64,000 nt of DNA from Candidatus Velthaea sp. (GTDB lineage Bacteria; Vulcanimicrobiota; Vulcanimicrobiia; Vulcanimicrobiales; Vulcanimicrobiaceae): positions 17,937 to 81,936 of the forward strand of contig CBDCCS010000019.1 of assembly GCA_965214935.1 (NCBI GenBank). The letters run 5' to 3'. The position numbers and the translations under genes were made by a program. The number at the start of each line of letters is the position of its first letter. Position 1 is the first letter of the stretch. Below are positions 53,470 to 63,222 of this stretch, one piece after another. The notes beneath the pieces were generated by a model. The model did no database searches and was not told the origin of the DNA. It saw only the letters and a list, made by a program, of their open reading frames with translations.

Positions 53470-53656
53470 TTTGTCGCCCCTTTAGTATTACATCGTCGTC
53501 AAGACTTGACAGCCGGTGGAAAAACCGTTGCGGCAGGCGCAGATCTGCACCGCCTTGAAACCGGCTTCGTAATAATAACTAATATTGACAGTTGCGGTTC
53601 GAACACTTGCACGGCAGAATAAGTGCCGTTCACTTCGTATCACGGAGGCAAGCCGT

Positions 53657-53836
53657 TTGGACTCGCTCGTCATGTGCCGCTGCGGGCACTCGATCACCTA
53701 CCATGCCGACCGGAAGGCGGCGGTACGCTGCGCGGGCACCGCATGCCCGTGCGAACTCGACACCGATGAAGTACTCGATGCCGCAATAGCCGTCGTCCGA
53801 ACGGAATGGGACGGCAAATGGCAGCAGAGCGCTTAA
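53657..53836 (+). CDS. Small Cys/His-rich putative metal-binding protein
   Basis: GGAGG RBS, TTG start, CRCGHSITYH...C...CPC. Confidence 0.6.
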   Translation: MDSLVMCRCGHSITYHADRKAAVRCAGTACPCELDTDEVLDAAIAVVRTEWDGKWQQSA

Positions 53837-53858
53837 CGTCCGCGCCGCCGCCGCCGGT

Positions 53859-54287
53859 CTAAGCCGTAATTTTGTCGTCGAGAATACGCAATTCTTCGTG
53901 CGCCAGCGAAACCGAGACCGGCAACACTTCGCGGACGAGTCGTTTTGTTAACAGCACTTCCTCGACGACCCGCACGTGTTTGACGATTTCACATTCTTCA
54001 GCACGCAACCGAACGATGATGGATTCAGGCAAGTCGCCGGAAATTTCGCGCCCGTTTCCGTCTTGATAATCGATCTGTAACTCTTCATGCTGCAGATCGA
54101 CCTCGATCGTCTTTCGCTCGCTGACGATCCGCCGCGTGATGATCGCGCGACGGCCTTCGACGAGCCGTTTCGTAATCGCGGACCGTTCTTCGTGCAACAC
54201 TAGACGCTGCCCGTCGATCACCTCGGCGTTCGACAGGATCGTCTCATCGTAAATGCGCTGCGCGGTCGGTTCGGCTGATTTATCCAC
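53859..54287 (-). CDS. YsnF/AvaK (DUF2382) domain protein
   Basis: LVLHEER, VDLQHEEL, VVEEV..KR, LAHEEL; GGAGG RBS. Confidence 0.8.
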   Translation of the reverse strand: MDKSAEPTAQRIYDETILSNAEVIDGQRLVLHEERSAITKRLVEGRRAIITRRIVSERKTIEVDLQHEELQIDYQDGNGREISGDLPESIIVRLRAEECEIVKHVRVVEEVLLTKRLVREVLPVSVSLAHEELRILDDKITA

Positions 54288-54492
54288 TACGCGGCCTCCG
54301 CAATCCGGCACCGTTATCTCGCAGCGCTTCACCGAGCGTCTTATCCTTGGGATGCATGCCGAAGAGCGTATCGACCGCATGTTCGATGATTGCGCTTCGG
54401 CTTACGTGTTCCCGGTAAGCGATACGCGCCAGCCGGACGACCAGGTCGACCCGCAGCGTGTGCGTTACGGTTTTATGACTTGCTTCTGACAT
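54280..54492 (-). CDS. Small ribbon-helix-helix (CopG-like) protein
   Basis: TVTHTL beta strand then LARIAYREHVSRSAIIEHAV. Confidence 0.6.
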   Translation of the reverse strand: MSEASHKTVTHTLRVDLVVRLARIAYREHVSRSAIIEHAVDTLFGMHPKDKTLGEALRDNGAGLRRPRSG

Positions 54493-54578
54493 AGTTCCTG
54501 TATTCCCCAGACGCGGGAGAATCTGCCGCAATGCTGCGCATTACGGCAGACCGGTACACGTGCTCCGACGGCGGTCAA

Positions 54579-55382
54579 CTAGCGGGTCGTGCCCTTCAGC
54601 CCGTCGGGGTCGTTCACGACGAGTTCTTCATGCCGGACGCTTTCCGTCACGGTCTCGACGTTGGTCACGGCGCGCTTGCCGATTTCGACTTCTTCGGTCA
54701 CGAAAGTATCTTTGCTTACCGCAACTTCTTCGCGCGATAACGGAACGGTGATGGTTTTCTCATCGCCGATCGTTCCGCCGACGGTGCCGCCGGTAACCGG
54801 GTGGCGCTCGATGACAAGTTCCTCATGCATGATCGGGACGTCGACGTTCTGCTGCTGGGTAATGACTTCTTTGCGGATCCGCACCGTACCGCTGGCAACG
54901 CGCAGCTTGTCGATCGAAAGCCGCTCGGCACGTAATTGAATGGTCTGATCGCCTTCCGTGGCCACGGGGACGGCCGCCGTCGTCGCCGCTGCGACCGGAA
55001 CCGCGGCCGCCGTCGTCAGCCCTTTTTGCGAACCGAGATCTGCGCCGTTACGCTCGAGAATCGCGATTGCTTCAGCCGCACGGTCGTCGGCTTTCACCGT
55101 CACGAGCGCTCCACCGCGTGCAACGCCGTCTTCAAAGTAATGCGCATCTTGCGCCGACATGCCGAGCTGCGTCAAGTTATCTCGGAATTCGGATCCCGTC
55201 GTCGTGTGGTCTTGGAAAAACTCCGTGACCGGATTGCCGAGTTTTTTGGGCGCCGGAGCGTCGTCGCCATCCACGACTTCGCTGATCTGAGCGCTTGAGA
55301 AGTGCGCGCTCTGAAGTTCGGTCAGTGCTTTTTCACCGCGTGATTGACTTGTGAAGAGACCGCCAATTGTTTGTGCCGGCAT
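54579..55382 (-). CDS. YsnF/AvaK (DUF2382) domain stress protein
   Basis: GGALVTV N-terminal domain, IQLRAERL, HEELVIERHPV, VTEEVEIGKR. Confidence 0.88.
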   Translation of the reverse strand: MPAQTIGGLFTSQSRGEKALTELQSAHFSSAQISEVVDGDDAPAPKKLGNPVTEFFQDHTTTGSEFRDNLTQLGMSAQDAHYFEDGVARGGALVTVKADDRAAEAIAILERNGADLGSQKGLTTAAAVPVAAATTAAVPVATEGDQTIQLRAERLSIDKLRVASGTVRIRKEVITQQQNVDVPIMHEELVIERHPVTGGTVGGTIGDEKTITVPLSREEVAVSKDTFVTEEVEIGKRAVTNVETVTESVRHEELVVNDPDGLKGTTR

Positions 55383-55485
55383 TAACAATTCCTTAAGTAG
55401 ATAGCTGCTCGTTCGGCGAGCGCACCGCTCGTGAGGAGCGGCTACCATGAAAACGGCGCCGGCCACCTCTTGCGAGTGATCGACT

Positions 55486-55569
55486 ATGCCCGGCAATCGT
55501 GAAATTCAATCCAAAGATCGACAATAAATAATAGCTATTGTGTCGTTTCTATTTCTTATTCTCGGGCAC
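55486..55569. promoter_or_regulatory. Back-to-back putative SigB-type promoters
   Basis: Minus strand GATTGA-N14-GGGCAT (55511-55486); plus strand GTTTCT-N13-GGGCAC (55545-55569). Confidence 0.45.
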
Positions 55570-55624
55570 ACGACATTGACTCGCTCAGAAGAATCACCCG
55601 TCACACCGTTATAAAAGGACATTT

Positions 55625-56374
55625 ATGCTGAACCCGTTTGACACGCTACGTTTTAATGCACGCGCGGTGCATCGACCGTCCGCAACGATCGTTGCAAGCG
55701 CGCTGTGCGCAGTGCTCGCCGTCTCACTTACAAGCTCGCTTTGCGCCGAAGCCGCAGCGCCGCCGATTACCGTAAACGGCGCGCAAAGCACGACGACCGG
55801 CATACAGCGCGGTAATATGTTATTTGTTCCGAGCAGTGCCGTCTTCAAGCAAATCGGTGCATCCGTTACTTACAAGGCGCCCGGCACCATCGTTGCAATG
55901 AAGGGTGGAACCGCACTCGTGCGCATGGCTGTCGGCAGCCGCAACGCCGTCGTTAACGGCCGCGCGCAGACGCTTGCGACCGCACCGTTCATGCAGGCCG
56001 GTCAACTGTTGGTGCCGCTGCGGTTGATCGGTGAAGCCGCGGGCGCATCAGTGTTATATTCGGCAAGTCCGCGCGCGGTTGCCGTCAACCAACGTCACAC
56101 TGCCGCGGCCGCCCCAGCCGCCAACGATGCAGCAGCGACGGGAGCAGCGGCCGGCGCTGCAGCCGGAGCAGCGAACGGTGCAACCGCAGCGACGGCGGCA
56201 CCGGTTGCCGATACACAATCGAATCAGGGCGGTATTCCTTGGTGGGTTTGGCTGCTGGCCGCACTCGTCATCCTCGGCATTATTTTTGCGCTCATGCGCC
56301 GCAAAAAAGAACCGCTTATCATGACGACCGGCACGCCGCATAGCGCCGAGCCCGTTATCAAGACCCGGCGTTAA
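55625..56374 (+). CDS. Copper amine oxidase N-terminal (stalk) domain protein with C-terminal membrane anchor
   Basis: ITVNG, LFVP, VVNG...APF...LLVPLRLIGEAAGASV; Ala-rich linker, TM helix, RRKK. Confidence 0.8.
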   Translation: MLNPFDTLRFNARAVHRPSATIVASALCAVLAVSLTSSLCAEAAAPPITVNGAQSTTTGIQRGNMLFVPSSAVFKQIGASVTYKAPGTIVAMKGGTALVRMAVGSRNAVVNGRAQTLATAPFMQAGQLLVPLRLIGEAAGASVLYSASPRAVAVNQRHTAAAAPAANDAAATGAAAGAAAGAANGATAATAAPVADTQSNQGGIPWWVWLLAALVILGIIFALMRRKKEPLIMTTGTPHSAEPVIKTRR

Positions 56375-56382
56375 GCAGACTG

Positions 56383-57144
56383 ATGACGACTGTTACAAAC
56401 TGGGGAGCCGGTTTCATCACCGGACTAACCGCCGGCCTAGCGCGGCTGTTCGGCGCGATCCCAAATATCATCGGCGCCGCGCTGCTGCTTGCCATCGGCT
56501 GGGTTATCGCCGGCATCGTCGGTGGTCTTGTCAGCAAAGTCTGCAAAGCGGTCCATGTCGACACGGTGAGCACACGCGTTGGCGCCGCCGATTTCTTGGA
56601 ACAAACCGGAACGCGGCTCAAAGCCAGCGACATCTTAGGCGAAGTCATCAAGTGGGTCGTTCGACTCGTATTTGTTGAGATGGCCGCCGAGCAGCTGGGA
56701 ATGCCTCAAGTATCACAGATCATCAACGCGATATTAGCGTTTATTCCGAATATCATCGTTGCGGCCGTGATTTTAGGGGTCGGCGCATTTCTGGGCAAAT
56801 TGCTGGGCGGCTTGGCACATGGTGCGGCCAGCGAGGCGCGCATCGGCAACGCCGGATTATTCGCACGGCTGACGTACGGCGCGATCATGGCCTTCGCTAT
56901 CATCGCAGCACTCAACGAACTCAACGTCGCGCCGATCGTCGTCAACACGCTTTACATCGGTCTGGTCGCCGCAATCTCGCTTGCGCTGGGACTTGCCTTT
57001 GGTTTGGGCGGGCGCGACACGGCGGCGCGACTGACCGCCCAATGGGCCGGCCAATTGGAAGCCGCCACGAAGCGCGTGCAAGCAGCTACGCCGGCAACGG
57101 TTCCGGCGGTCGGTAACCCAAAGATCCGTACCACCAGCGCATAG
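56383..57144 (+). CDS. TM-helix repeat protein (CmpX / small mechanosensitive channel N-terminal-like)
   Basis: IPNIIGA, FIPNIIVA, LALGLAFGLGGRD. Confidence 0.8.
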   Translation: MTTVTNWGAGFITGLTAGLARLFGAIPNIIGAALLLAIGWVIAGIVGGLVSKVCKAVHVDTVSTRVGAADFLEQTGTRLKASDILGEVIKWVVRLVFVEMAAEQLGMPQVSQIINAILAFIPNIIVAAVILGVGAFLGKLLGGLAHGAASEARIGNAGLFARLTYGAIMAFAIIAALNELNVAPIVVNTLYIGLVAAISLALGLAFGLGGRDTAARLTAQWAGQLEAATKRVQAATPATVPAVGNPKIRTTSA

Positions 57145-57242
57145 CTGTCGGCTACGGCGAACTCTGCAGTAATGCACGGCTAGCGTTTAAATCGATCGCG
57201 ACGTCAGTAACTGTTTTAAACAACAAAGCGAGTTACGGCCGG

Positions 57243-57267
57243 GTTTAATTTCGCTGCAATCGGGCTA
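57243..57267 (+). promoter_or_regulatory. Putative SigB-type promoter upstream of the PP2C gene
   Basis: GTTTAA-N13-GGGCTA. Confidence 0.45.
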
Positions 57268-57485
57268 AAGATTCAGCGTCCCAGCCGAAGCCGTCCCATC
57301 CCGGGTTTTCGCACTTTCCCCGAAGGACCGGACGGCGTCGTCAATCGCTGATTGCGTGAGGTGGGGGAAGTGCCGGGCCTGTTCGCGACAGGCCCTTTTC
57401 CACGCCTTGCCGGCGGCGCGATTCGATACCCCGAGCGCTCGGGCACGGGTTAAGCGCGACACATGCGGTATTAGTCGTCATTCCG

Positions 57486-59843
57486 ATGCGCGCAATCGAA
57501 CCACAAGATCCCGCCCGAACATTTGCCGCCGTTCTTGATGCGTTGCCGGTCGTCGCGTTTCTGGCGCGACCCGACGGCAGTATTTCGTACGTTTCACGTG
57601 CCTGGGCGGAGTATACCGGCCTCGAGCCGGCGCACGCGCTCGAGACTCGCTTCCCGGCGATGATTCATCCGGACCAGCGCGATCGCGCCGTCGCCCACTG
57701 GCTGGCTGCGAATGTTGCGCAGACACCGTACCGCGACGAGCTTCGCCTGCGCTTCGCAGACGGTACCTACCGCTGGGCTCTGTGTCAGGCACAGCCGATG
57801 CGCGATGCCTCGCACGACGGCATCATCGGCTGGTTCGGCACCGTCACCGACATCGACGATCGAAAACGCACCGAGGAGACTTATCGCGAGCAAGCCGAGT
57901 TCAACGCCCGGCTCATCGACAGCAGCGACGACTGCATTAAGATCGTCGACCTGCAAGCACGCATCGTTTCGATGAGCGCGAACGGTCAGAAGAGTCTCGG
58001 TATTACCGATATGGACGCGGTCGTGGGCAGCTCGTGGCTCGACTTCTGGCATGACGACGGCGACCGGGCCGCCGCAAATGCTGCGATCGAAGCTGCACGA
58101 GCCGGCGCGAGCGGCAAATTTATCGGTTATTTTCCCGTCGCCGGAATGCCGCGCTGGTTTGACGTTGCGGTAACCGCAATCTTAGATGCCGACGGACGGC
58201 CCGAGAAACTGCTGATCGTATCGCGCGATATTACCGTCGGCCGGCTGACGGACAAAGCTCGGGAACGGTTCGTCGCCCTCGTCGAGAACAGCGGCGATTT
58301 CATCGGCATGGGCGACGTCGACGGAATGATGTACGTGAATGAAGCCGGGCGTCAACTTTTAGAGATCGACTCGCTTGAAATCGCCAAAGCCACGCCGCTG
58401 CTGGAATACTTCTGTCCGGCGGATCGAGACTTCGTGCGCACGGACGTGCTCCCCGCGCTGCGAGAAACAGGCCGCTGGCTGGGCGATTTCCAATTCCGCA
58501 ATTTTCGCACCGGCGCGCCGGTGCCCGTTGCTTACCACGTTTTTCGGCTCGTCGATCAGAGCGGCGGCGAGATGGGCATTGCAACGGTCAGCCGCGACCG
58601 GCGGCGACGCGTGCGCATCGAGGCCGGTTTGCGATTGCTTTCACGTACCGGCGTGGCCGAGTTGCATTCACTCAATAGTATCGTCACCTTACCAACGATC
58701 GCCCAAGCGTTCGTCCCGGAATACGCATCGTATTCGATCGTCGACATCATAAGTGCCGGCGCCGGTTGGCAGCGTACGGTCGTGCATCACGACCCGTCCA
58801 AAGAGCAGATCATCAGCGACCTGTCGCAGCCGTCCGACAGCCACCCTGTCGCGCAAGCGATGCGTGAAGGCCGTTCATCGCTCGTGATCATCAACGACGC
58901 CAGCGATACGTCGTTCGGCGGTCAAACCGACCGCGTGCAAGCAATCGCGGCGCTCGGTGTGCGCTCGTTCATTACGGTGCCCGTCATCATGCCCAACGGG
59001 GAAATTGCCGGCGGATTAACCGCCGCGCGCGACAGGACGCATCCTGCCGGCGATTATATGGCCGACGACGTTGCCTTCGTCGAGGAAGCCGGACGGCGCG
59101 CCGGCGCGGCGATCGCGAACGTGCGGCTCTACGAGCGCGAACGGCGAATCGCCGTCGAACTCCAGGCTGCGTCGCTGCCCGCATCGTTGCCGCGAAGCGA
59201 ATATTTGCGACTCGATGCCGAATATCGCCCGGGCAGCGATGAGGCGACGATCGGGGGCGATTGGTACGACGCATTTGTTTTGCGCGACGGCCGGGTTGCG
59301 ATCAGCGTCGGCGACGTTATCGGCCATGGTTTGCATGCTGCCGTTACGATGACGAAGTTACGCCAAGCAATGCAAGCCGCGGCGATGGTGAGCCCGGACC
59401 CCAACGTAATGCTGCGCGTTGCCGATGAAACGTTGCGCTTGATCGATGTCGACGGTTATGCGACCGCGATCGCCGCGCTATACGACCCCCAAGCGCAAAC
59501 GCTGACATTCGCCTCAGCCGGTCATCCCGGTCCGATCGTGCGCACGCCCGACGGGCGAATTAGCGACCATTCCGCCTCGGGGCTGCTGCTGGGCTTACGT
59601 ACCGGCGCTGAGACAGACGTGCTGGTCGTGGCGGTACCGCCGCAATCGACGATCGTGCTCTACACCGACGGTCTCGTCGAAGCGACGCGCGATTTCGAGG
59701 CGAGTTCGGCGCGATTGCACGCGGCGATCGCACGTAACGACGTCATTACGCAACCGGCACCGGCGCGCGCAATCGTCGATTTCGTGCTCGGGACGACGAC
59801 GGCATTCGACGACATCGCCGTCCTCGTCGCGCGCACCATCTGA
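57486..59843 (+). CDS. PAS-PAS-PAS-GAF-SpoIIE (PP2C) phosphatase, RsbU/RsbP-like
   Basis: IHPDQ and DGTYRW PAS motifs, GAF, IGGDWYD, GDVIGHG, SAGHP, YTDGLVE, DDIAVL. Confidence 0.92.
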   Translation: MRAIEPQDPARTFAAVLDALPVVAFLARPDGSISYVSRAWAEYTGLEPAHALETRFPAMIHPDQRDRAVAHWLAANVAQTPYRDELRLRFADGTYRWALCQAQPMRDASHDGIIGWFGTVTDIDDRKRTEETYREQAEFNARLIDSSDDCIKIVDLQARIVSMSANGQKSLGITDMDAVVGSSWLDFWHDDGDRAAANAAIEAARAGASGKFIGYFPVAGMPRWFDVAVTAILDADGRPEKLLIVSRDITVGRLTDKARERFVALVENSGDFIGMGDVDGMMYVNEAGRQLLEIDSLEIAKATPLLEYFCPADRDFVRTDVLPALRETGRWLGDFQFRNFRTGAPVPVAYHVFRLVDQSGGEMGIATVSRDRRRRVRIEAGLRLLSRTGVAELHSLNSIVTLPTIAQAFVPEYASYSIVDIISAGAGWQRTVVHHDPSKEQIISDLSQPSDSHPVAQAMREGRSSLVIINDASDTSFGGQTDRVQAIAALGVRSFITVPVIMPNGEIAGGLTAARDRTHPAGDYMADDVAFVEEAGRRAGAAIANVRLYERERRIAVELQAASLPASLPRSEYLRLDAEYRPGSDEATIGGDWYDAFVLRDGRVAISVGDVIGHGLHAAVTMTKLRQAMQAAAMVSPDPNVMLRVADETLRLIDVDGYATAIAALYDPQAQTLTFASAGHPGPIVRTPDGRISDHSASGLLLGLRTGAETDVLVVAVPPQSTIVLYTDGLVEATRDFEASSARLHAAIARNDVITQPAPARAIVDFVLGTTTAFDDIAVLVARTI

Positions 59844-59862
59844 GCGCTATCCGGCGGTCGGA

Positions 59863-61332
59863 CTACGCCCGCTTGAGCGCGGCTGAATAGACATCAATCG
59901 CGCGCAAGCGCGCCGTACTGTGTTCGACGATCGGCGCCGGGTAATCGCGGCCGAGTACGAATCCGGCGCTCGAAGCAACCAGCGGCGGCATAGCCCAGGG
60001 CTCGTGAACGTAGCTATCGGGTACCTTCGCGAGAGCCGGGATCATCGAGCGCACGAAGGTACCGTCGGGATCGTACGTCTTGCCTTGCAAGGTCGGATTG
60101 AACACCCGAAAATACGGTGCCGCATCGGTGCCGATCGAAGCCGACCATTGCCAGCCGCCGTTATTCGCGGCAAGATCGGAGTCGGCGAGATGCTGCTCGA
60201 AATAACGCTCGCCGTCGTGATAATCGATCAACAAATGCTTGGTGAGAAACGAGGCGACGATCATGCGCAGACGATTGTGCATCCAACCCGTCGTGTTGAG
60301 TTGCGTCATCGCTGCATCGACGATCGGGTAGCCGGTCGCCCCGGTCTGCCAGGCCGTGAGTCCGGCGGCATCTTGCACGTACTTGACCGCTTTGCCGGCC
60401 TCGATAAACGGCTCAGCGGCGATCCGCGGAAACTGCATGAGCAGTCCTTGGTAAAAATCGCGCCAGACAAGTTCGCCGATCCAGCCGTCGATATTTGCGG
60501 CGGCCTTGGCCGGCCGCTGCATCCGCGCACGTCGCGCCGCATCGACGCACGTGCGAATGCCGATCGTGCCGGCGCGCAGATGCGGCGAGAGATGCGAGGT
60601 TCCGTCGATCGCCGGCACGTTGCGCCGATCGAGATAGCCGTCGGCTTCACCCGCAACGAACGCGTCGAGCAAGCGCTGCGCTGCCGCCGTACCACCGGCC
60701 GGAAAAGCTGACGACGACCGATGGCCGAAATCTTCGGGTTCGGGCACCGGCCGGGTCGCACCGAGCGCATCGGCCGGAAGAAGTTTGTCGCGCACGGCAG
60801 CCGCCGAATCGTACGGTGCGTGCGGTTGCGCATCGAACTGAGCTTGCCAACGCTTCCGGTACGGTGTGTAGACCGTGTACGGCTTGCCGCCTTGTTGCAC
60901 GATTTCACCCGCGGCGGCATAAACGTGATCGACGGAATCATGAACCTCGAGGTGTACGTCGCGCAGTGCGCCCACGATACGTTCGTCGCGCGCACGCATC
61001 TCCGGATCGTAATCAACATTATAAAAGACGGCCTGTGCGTCGACGCGGCGCGCGAGCCTCAAAAGTTCGCCCGCAAAATCGCCCTCGAGCAACGCGAGGT
61101 CCGAACCTCGCGCTTGCAAATCGGCGCGCAGTTCGCGCAGTGAATCGAAGAAGAATTGCACGATCGGCGCGCCGACGCGCGGACCGCGCAATAACTCGGG
61201 ATCGAGAACGAAGGCGCACACAACGCGTTCGCTGCAACGTGCCGCCCGATCGAGTGCCGCATGATCGTCGAGCCGCAGGTCACGCCGTAACCAGACAATC
61301 GAGGTTGAATAACGCGAAGCTGCGGTCGTCAT
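59863..61332 (-). CDS. phrB: Deoxyribodipyrimidine photolyase
   Basis: WLRRDLRLDDH, TSHLSPHL, TGYPIVDAAM, WMHNRLRM, NNGGWQW. Confidence 0.94.
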   Translation of the reverse strand: MTTAASRYSTSIVWLRRDLRLDDHAALDRAARCSERVVCAFVLDPELLRGPRVGAPIVQFFFDSLRELRADLQARGSDLALLEGDFAGELLRLARRVDAQAVFYNVDYDPEMRARDERIVGALRDVHLEVHDSVDHVYAAAGEIVQQGGKPYTVYTPYRKRWQAQFDAQPHAPYDSAAAVRDKLLPADALGATRPVPEPEDFGHRSSSAFPAGGTAAAQRLLDAFVAGEADGYLDRRNVPAIDGTSHLSPHLRAGTIGIRTCVDAARRARMQRPAKAAANIDGWIGELVWRDFYQGLLMQFPRIAAEPFIEAGKAVKYVQDAAGLTAWQTGATGYPIVDAAMTQLNTTGWMHNRLRMIVASFLTKHLLIDYHDGERYFEQHLADSDLAANNGGWQWSASIGTDAAPYFRVFNPTLQGKTYDPDGTFVRSMIPALAKVPDSYVHEPWAMPPLVASSAGFVLGRDYPAPIVEHSTARLRAIDVYSAALKRA

Positions 61333-61352
61333 GTAACCTTAGACGCTTGGAG

Positions 61353-62075
61353 TTATGCCAGCGCTTCGGACATCGTGCGCATCTGAATGTCGATGATGCG
61401 CGAACCGGCCGATTGCGTGCAGGCCAGCAACACCGCGGCGGCAACGTCTTGCGGTTCGAGCATCGTCGAAGCATCGACGCCGTCTTGCGTACGCCCCTTA
61501 CCGAGCGCAAACTCGGTCTTCACGCCGCCCGGACAAATCGAGCCGACCTTAATGCCGTGCGGACGCAACTCCTTATCGAGCGCCTGGCCGAAACCGACTT
61601 GAGCAAATTTCGTCGCACAATAGACGGCCTCGCCGGGGAAGCCGTAAATGCCCGCCATCGACGAAATCATGAGAATCGTGCCCGACTTTTTCGCAATCAT
61701 ATGCGGTGCAACATACCGGGTGAACAGAAACGTCGAGCGCACGTTGGTCAAAAACATTTCATCGTAATCAGCCGCGCTCGTGTCAACGAGATCTTTGTAG
61801 TTACCGATGCCGGTGTTGTTGATGAGAATATCGATCTGGCCGAAGCGCTCGATCGCACCGTCGACAACGCGCTGTGCGGTCGCTTCCTCGCGCGCATCAC
61901 CCGTTACGATCAACGCTTGGGCGCCGGTCTCTTGTACGAGCGCAGTTAAACGCTCCTCGCGCCGTGCGGTAAGGACTAAATGAGCGCCTTCGGCGGCGAG
62001 TGAACGCGCGACCGCAGCGCCGATGCCGGCGCTCGCACCGGTAATGAGCGCTACGCGCCCGTCTAATTTTGCCAT
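61353..62075 (-). CDS. SDR-family oxidoreductase
   Basis: TGASAGIG, YCATK. Confidence 0.9.
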   Translation of the reverse strand: MAKLDGRVALITGASAGIGAAVARSLAAEGAHLVLTARREERLTALVQETGAQALIVTGDAREEATAQRVVDGAIERFGQIDILINNTGIGNYKDLVDTSAADYDEMFLTNVRSTFLFTRYVAPHMIAKKSGTILMISSMAGIYGFPGEAVYCATKFAQVGFGQALDKELRPHGIKVGSICPGGVKTEFALGKGRTQDGVDASTMLEPQDVAAAVLLACTQSAGSRIIDIQMRTMSEALA

Positions 62076-62182
62076 GCGCTTCGGCTACGGCTTTGCCTAA
62101 GCGAAGTCCCGTATGTCGGACGAAACGGCCGGTTGCGAACGCCGCCGGCATGACGCGCGCACTCGGCGCCGAAGCCGCCGAC

Positions 62183-63187
62183 ATGCCGACGATCGATCTC
62201 ACCACCGAGTCGCTCGAATTGCCGCTCGTGCATGAGTTTACGATCGCTCGCGGATCCGAACGCGTTGCACGCAGCGTCGTCGTACGCGTGCGCTGGAACG
62301 AGCGCGAAGGCATCGGCGAATCTTCTCCGGTCGAACGTTATGCCGAGTCGGTCGAGAGCGTCACGGCGGCGCTTCGCATGCAGCGGCTGCATGCCGATCC
62401 CTACCAGCTCGACGCGCAACTCGCGGGGCTGGCGCCGGCGGCGCGTTGTGGTCTCGATATCGCGTTGCACGATTTGATCGGCAAAGATCTCAACCGGCCG
62501 CTCTACCGTCTCTTTGGTCTGGATCCGGCAAAAACACCGCAGACCTCGTTCACGCTGGGCATTGCGCCGATCGCCGAGACGCTCGACAAAGTCCGCGCCG
62601 TCGGCGCGCATCCTATCTTGAAGATAAAGCTCGGACGCGGCAGCGAAATTGAGACGGTCGGCGCGATTCGCGCGATTTATTCCGGCGCCATTCGCATCGA
62701 CGCAAACGAAGGCTGGACGCCCGAACAAAGCGTGACGCTGCTGGCCGAACTCGCCCGCTTCGACATTGAATTCTGCGAACAGCCGATTCCGGCCGGAAGC
62801 CCCGAGCGCTTGCGCTGGATTCGCGAGCGCTCGAAAATAGCAATCGTGACGGACGAAGATTCGCGCGATGCTACGGACTTGTCGGCGCTTGCCGGGTGCG
62901 TCGACGGCGTCAACGTCAAGCTGGTTAAATGCGGCGGTCTTCGCGCGGCGCTCGCGATGATTCATACCGCGCGCGCACTGGGACTCAAAATCATGCTGGG
63001 CTGCATGGTGGAGTCGCAGATCTTGACGACGGCCGCCGCGCACTTGAGTCCGCTCGCCGATTGGGCCGACCTTGACGGACCGTTCCTTACCGCCGACGAT
63101 CCATTTAGCGGCATTCGTTACGATGGCGGCAAGATCGTGTTACCGGACGGTCCGGGTTTAGGCGTCATGGCCAAGCTGCCGGCCTGA
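62183..63187 (+). CDS. Dipeptide epimerase (enolase superfamily, L-Ala-D/L-Glu epimerase-like)
   Basis: KIKLG, DANEGW, EQP, DE, KLVKCGG, GCMVES, DLDG. Confidence 0.9.
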   Translation: MPTIDLTTESLELPLVHEFTIARGSERVARSVVVRVRWNEREGIGESSPVERYAESVESVTAALRMQRLHADPYQLDAQLAGLAPAARCGLDIALHDLIGKDLNRPLYRLFGLDPAKTPQTSFTLGIAPIAETLDKVRAVGAHPILKIKLGRGSEIETVGAIRAIYSGAIRIDANEGWTPEQSVTLLAELARFDIEFCEQPIPAGSPERLRWIRERSKIAIVTDEDSRDATDLSALAGCVDGVNVKLVKCGGLRAALAMIHTARALGLKIMLGCMVESQILTTAAAHLSPLADWADLDGPFLTADDPFSGIRYDGGKIVLPDGPGLGVMAKLPA

Positions 63188-63222
63188 CCGGTACCATCCA
63201 CTCGCAAGGAGCTGCCGGACCG

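Noticed and set aside
53600..53613. Second SOS box CGAACACTTGCACG
   Set aside because: Two mismatches in the right half-site; could be chance.
57265..57462. 65-aa minus-strand ORF before the PP2C gene
   Set aside because: No motif or RBS support; cannot be distinguished from a chance ORF.
57486..58620. LOV blue-light sensor next to photolyase
   Set aside because: No GxNCRFLQ motif in any PAS domain.
60495..61949. Long antisense or alternate-frame ORFs (e.g. 60495-61949, 18867-20285, 40532-41623, 28948-30027)
   Set aside because: Arg/Ala-rich shadow frames of well-supported genes, expected at this GC content.
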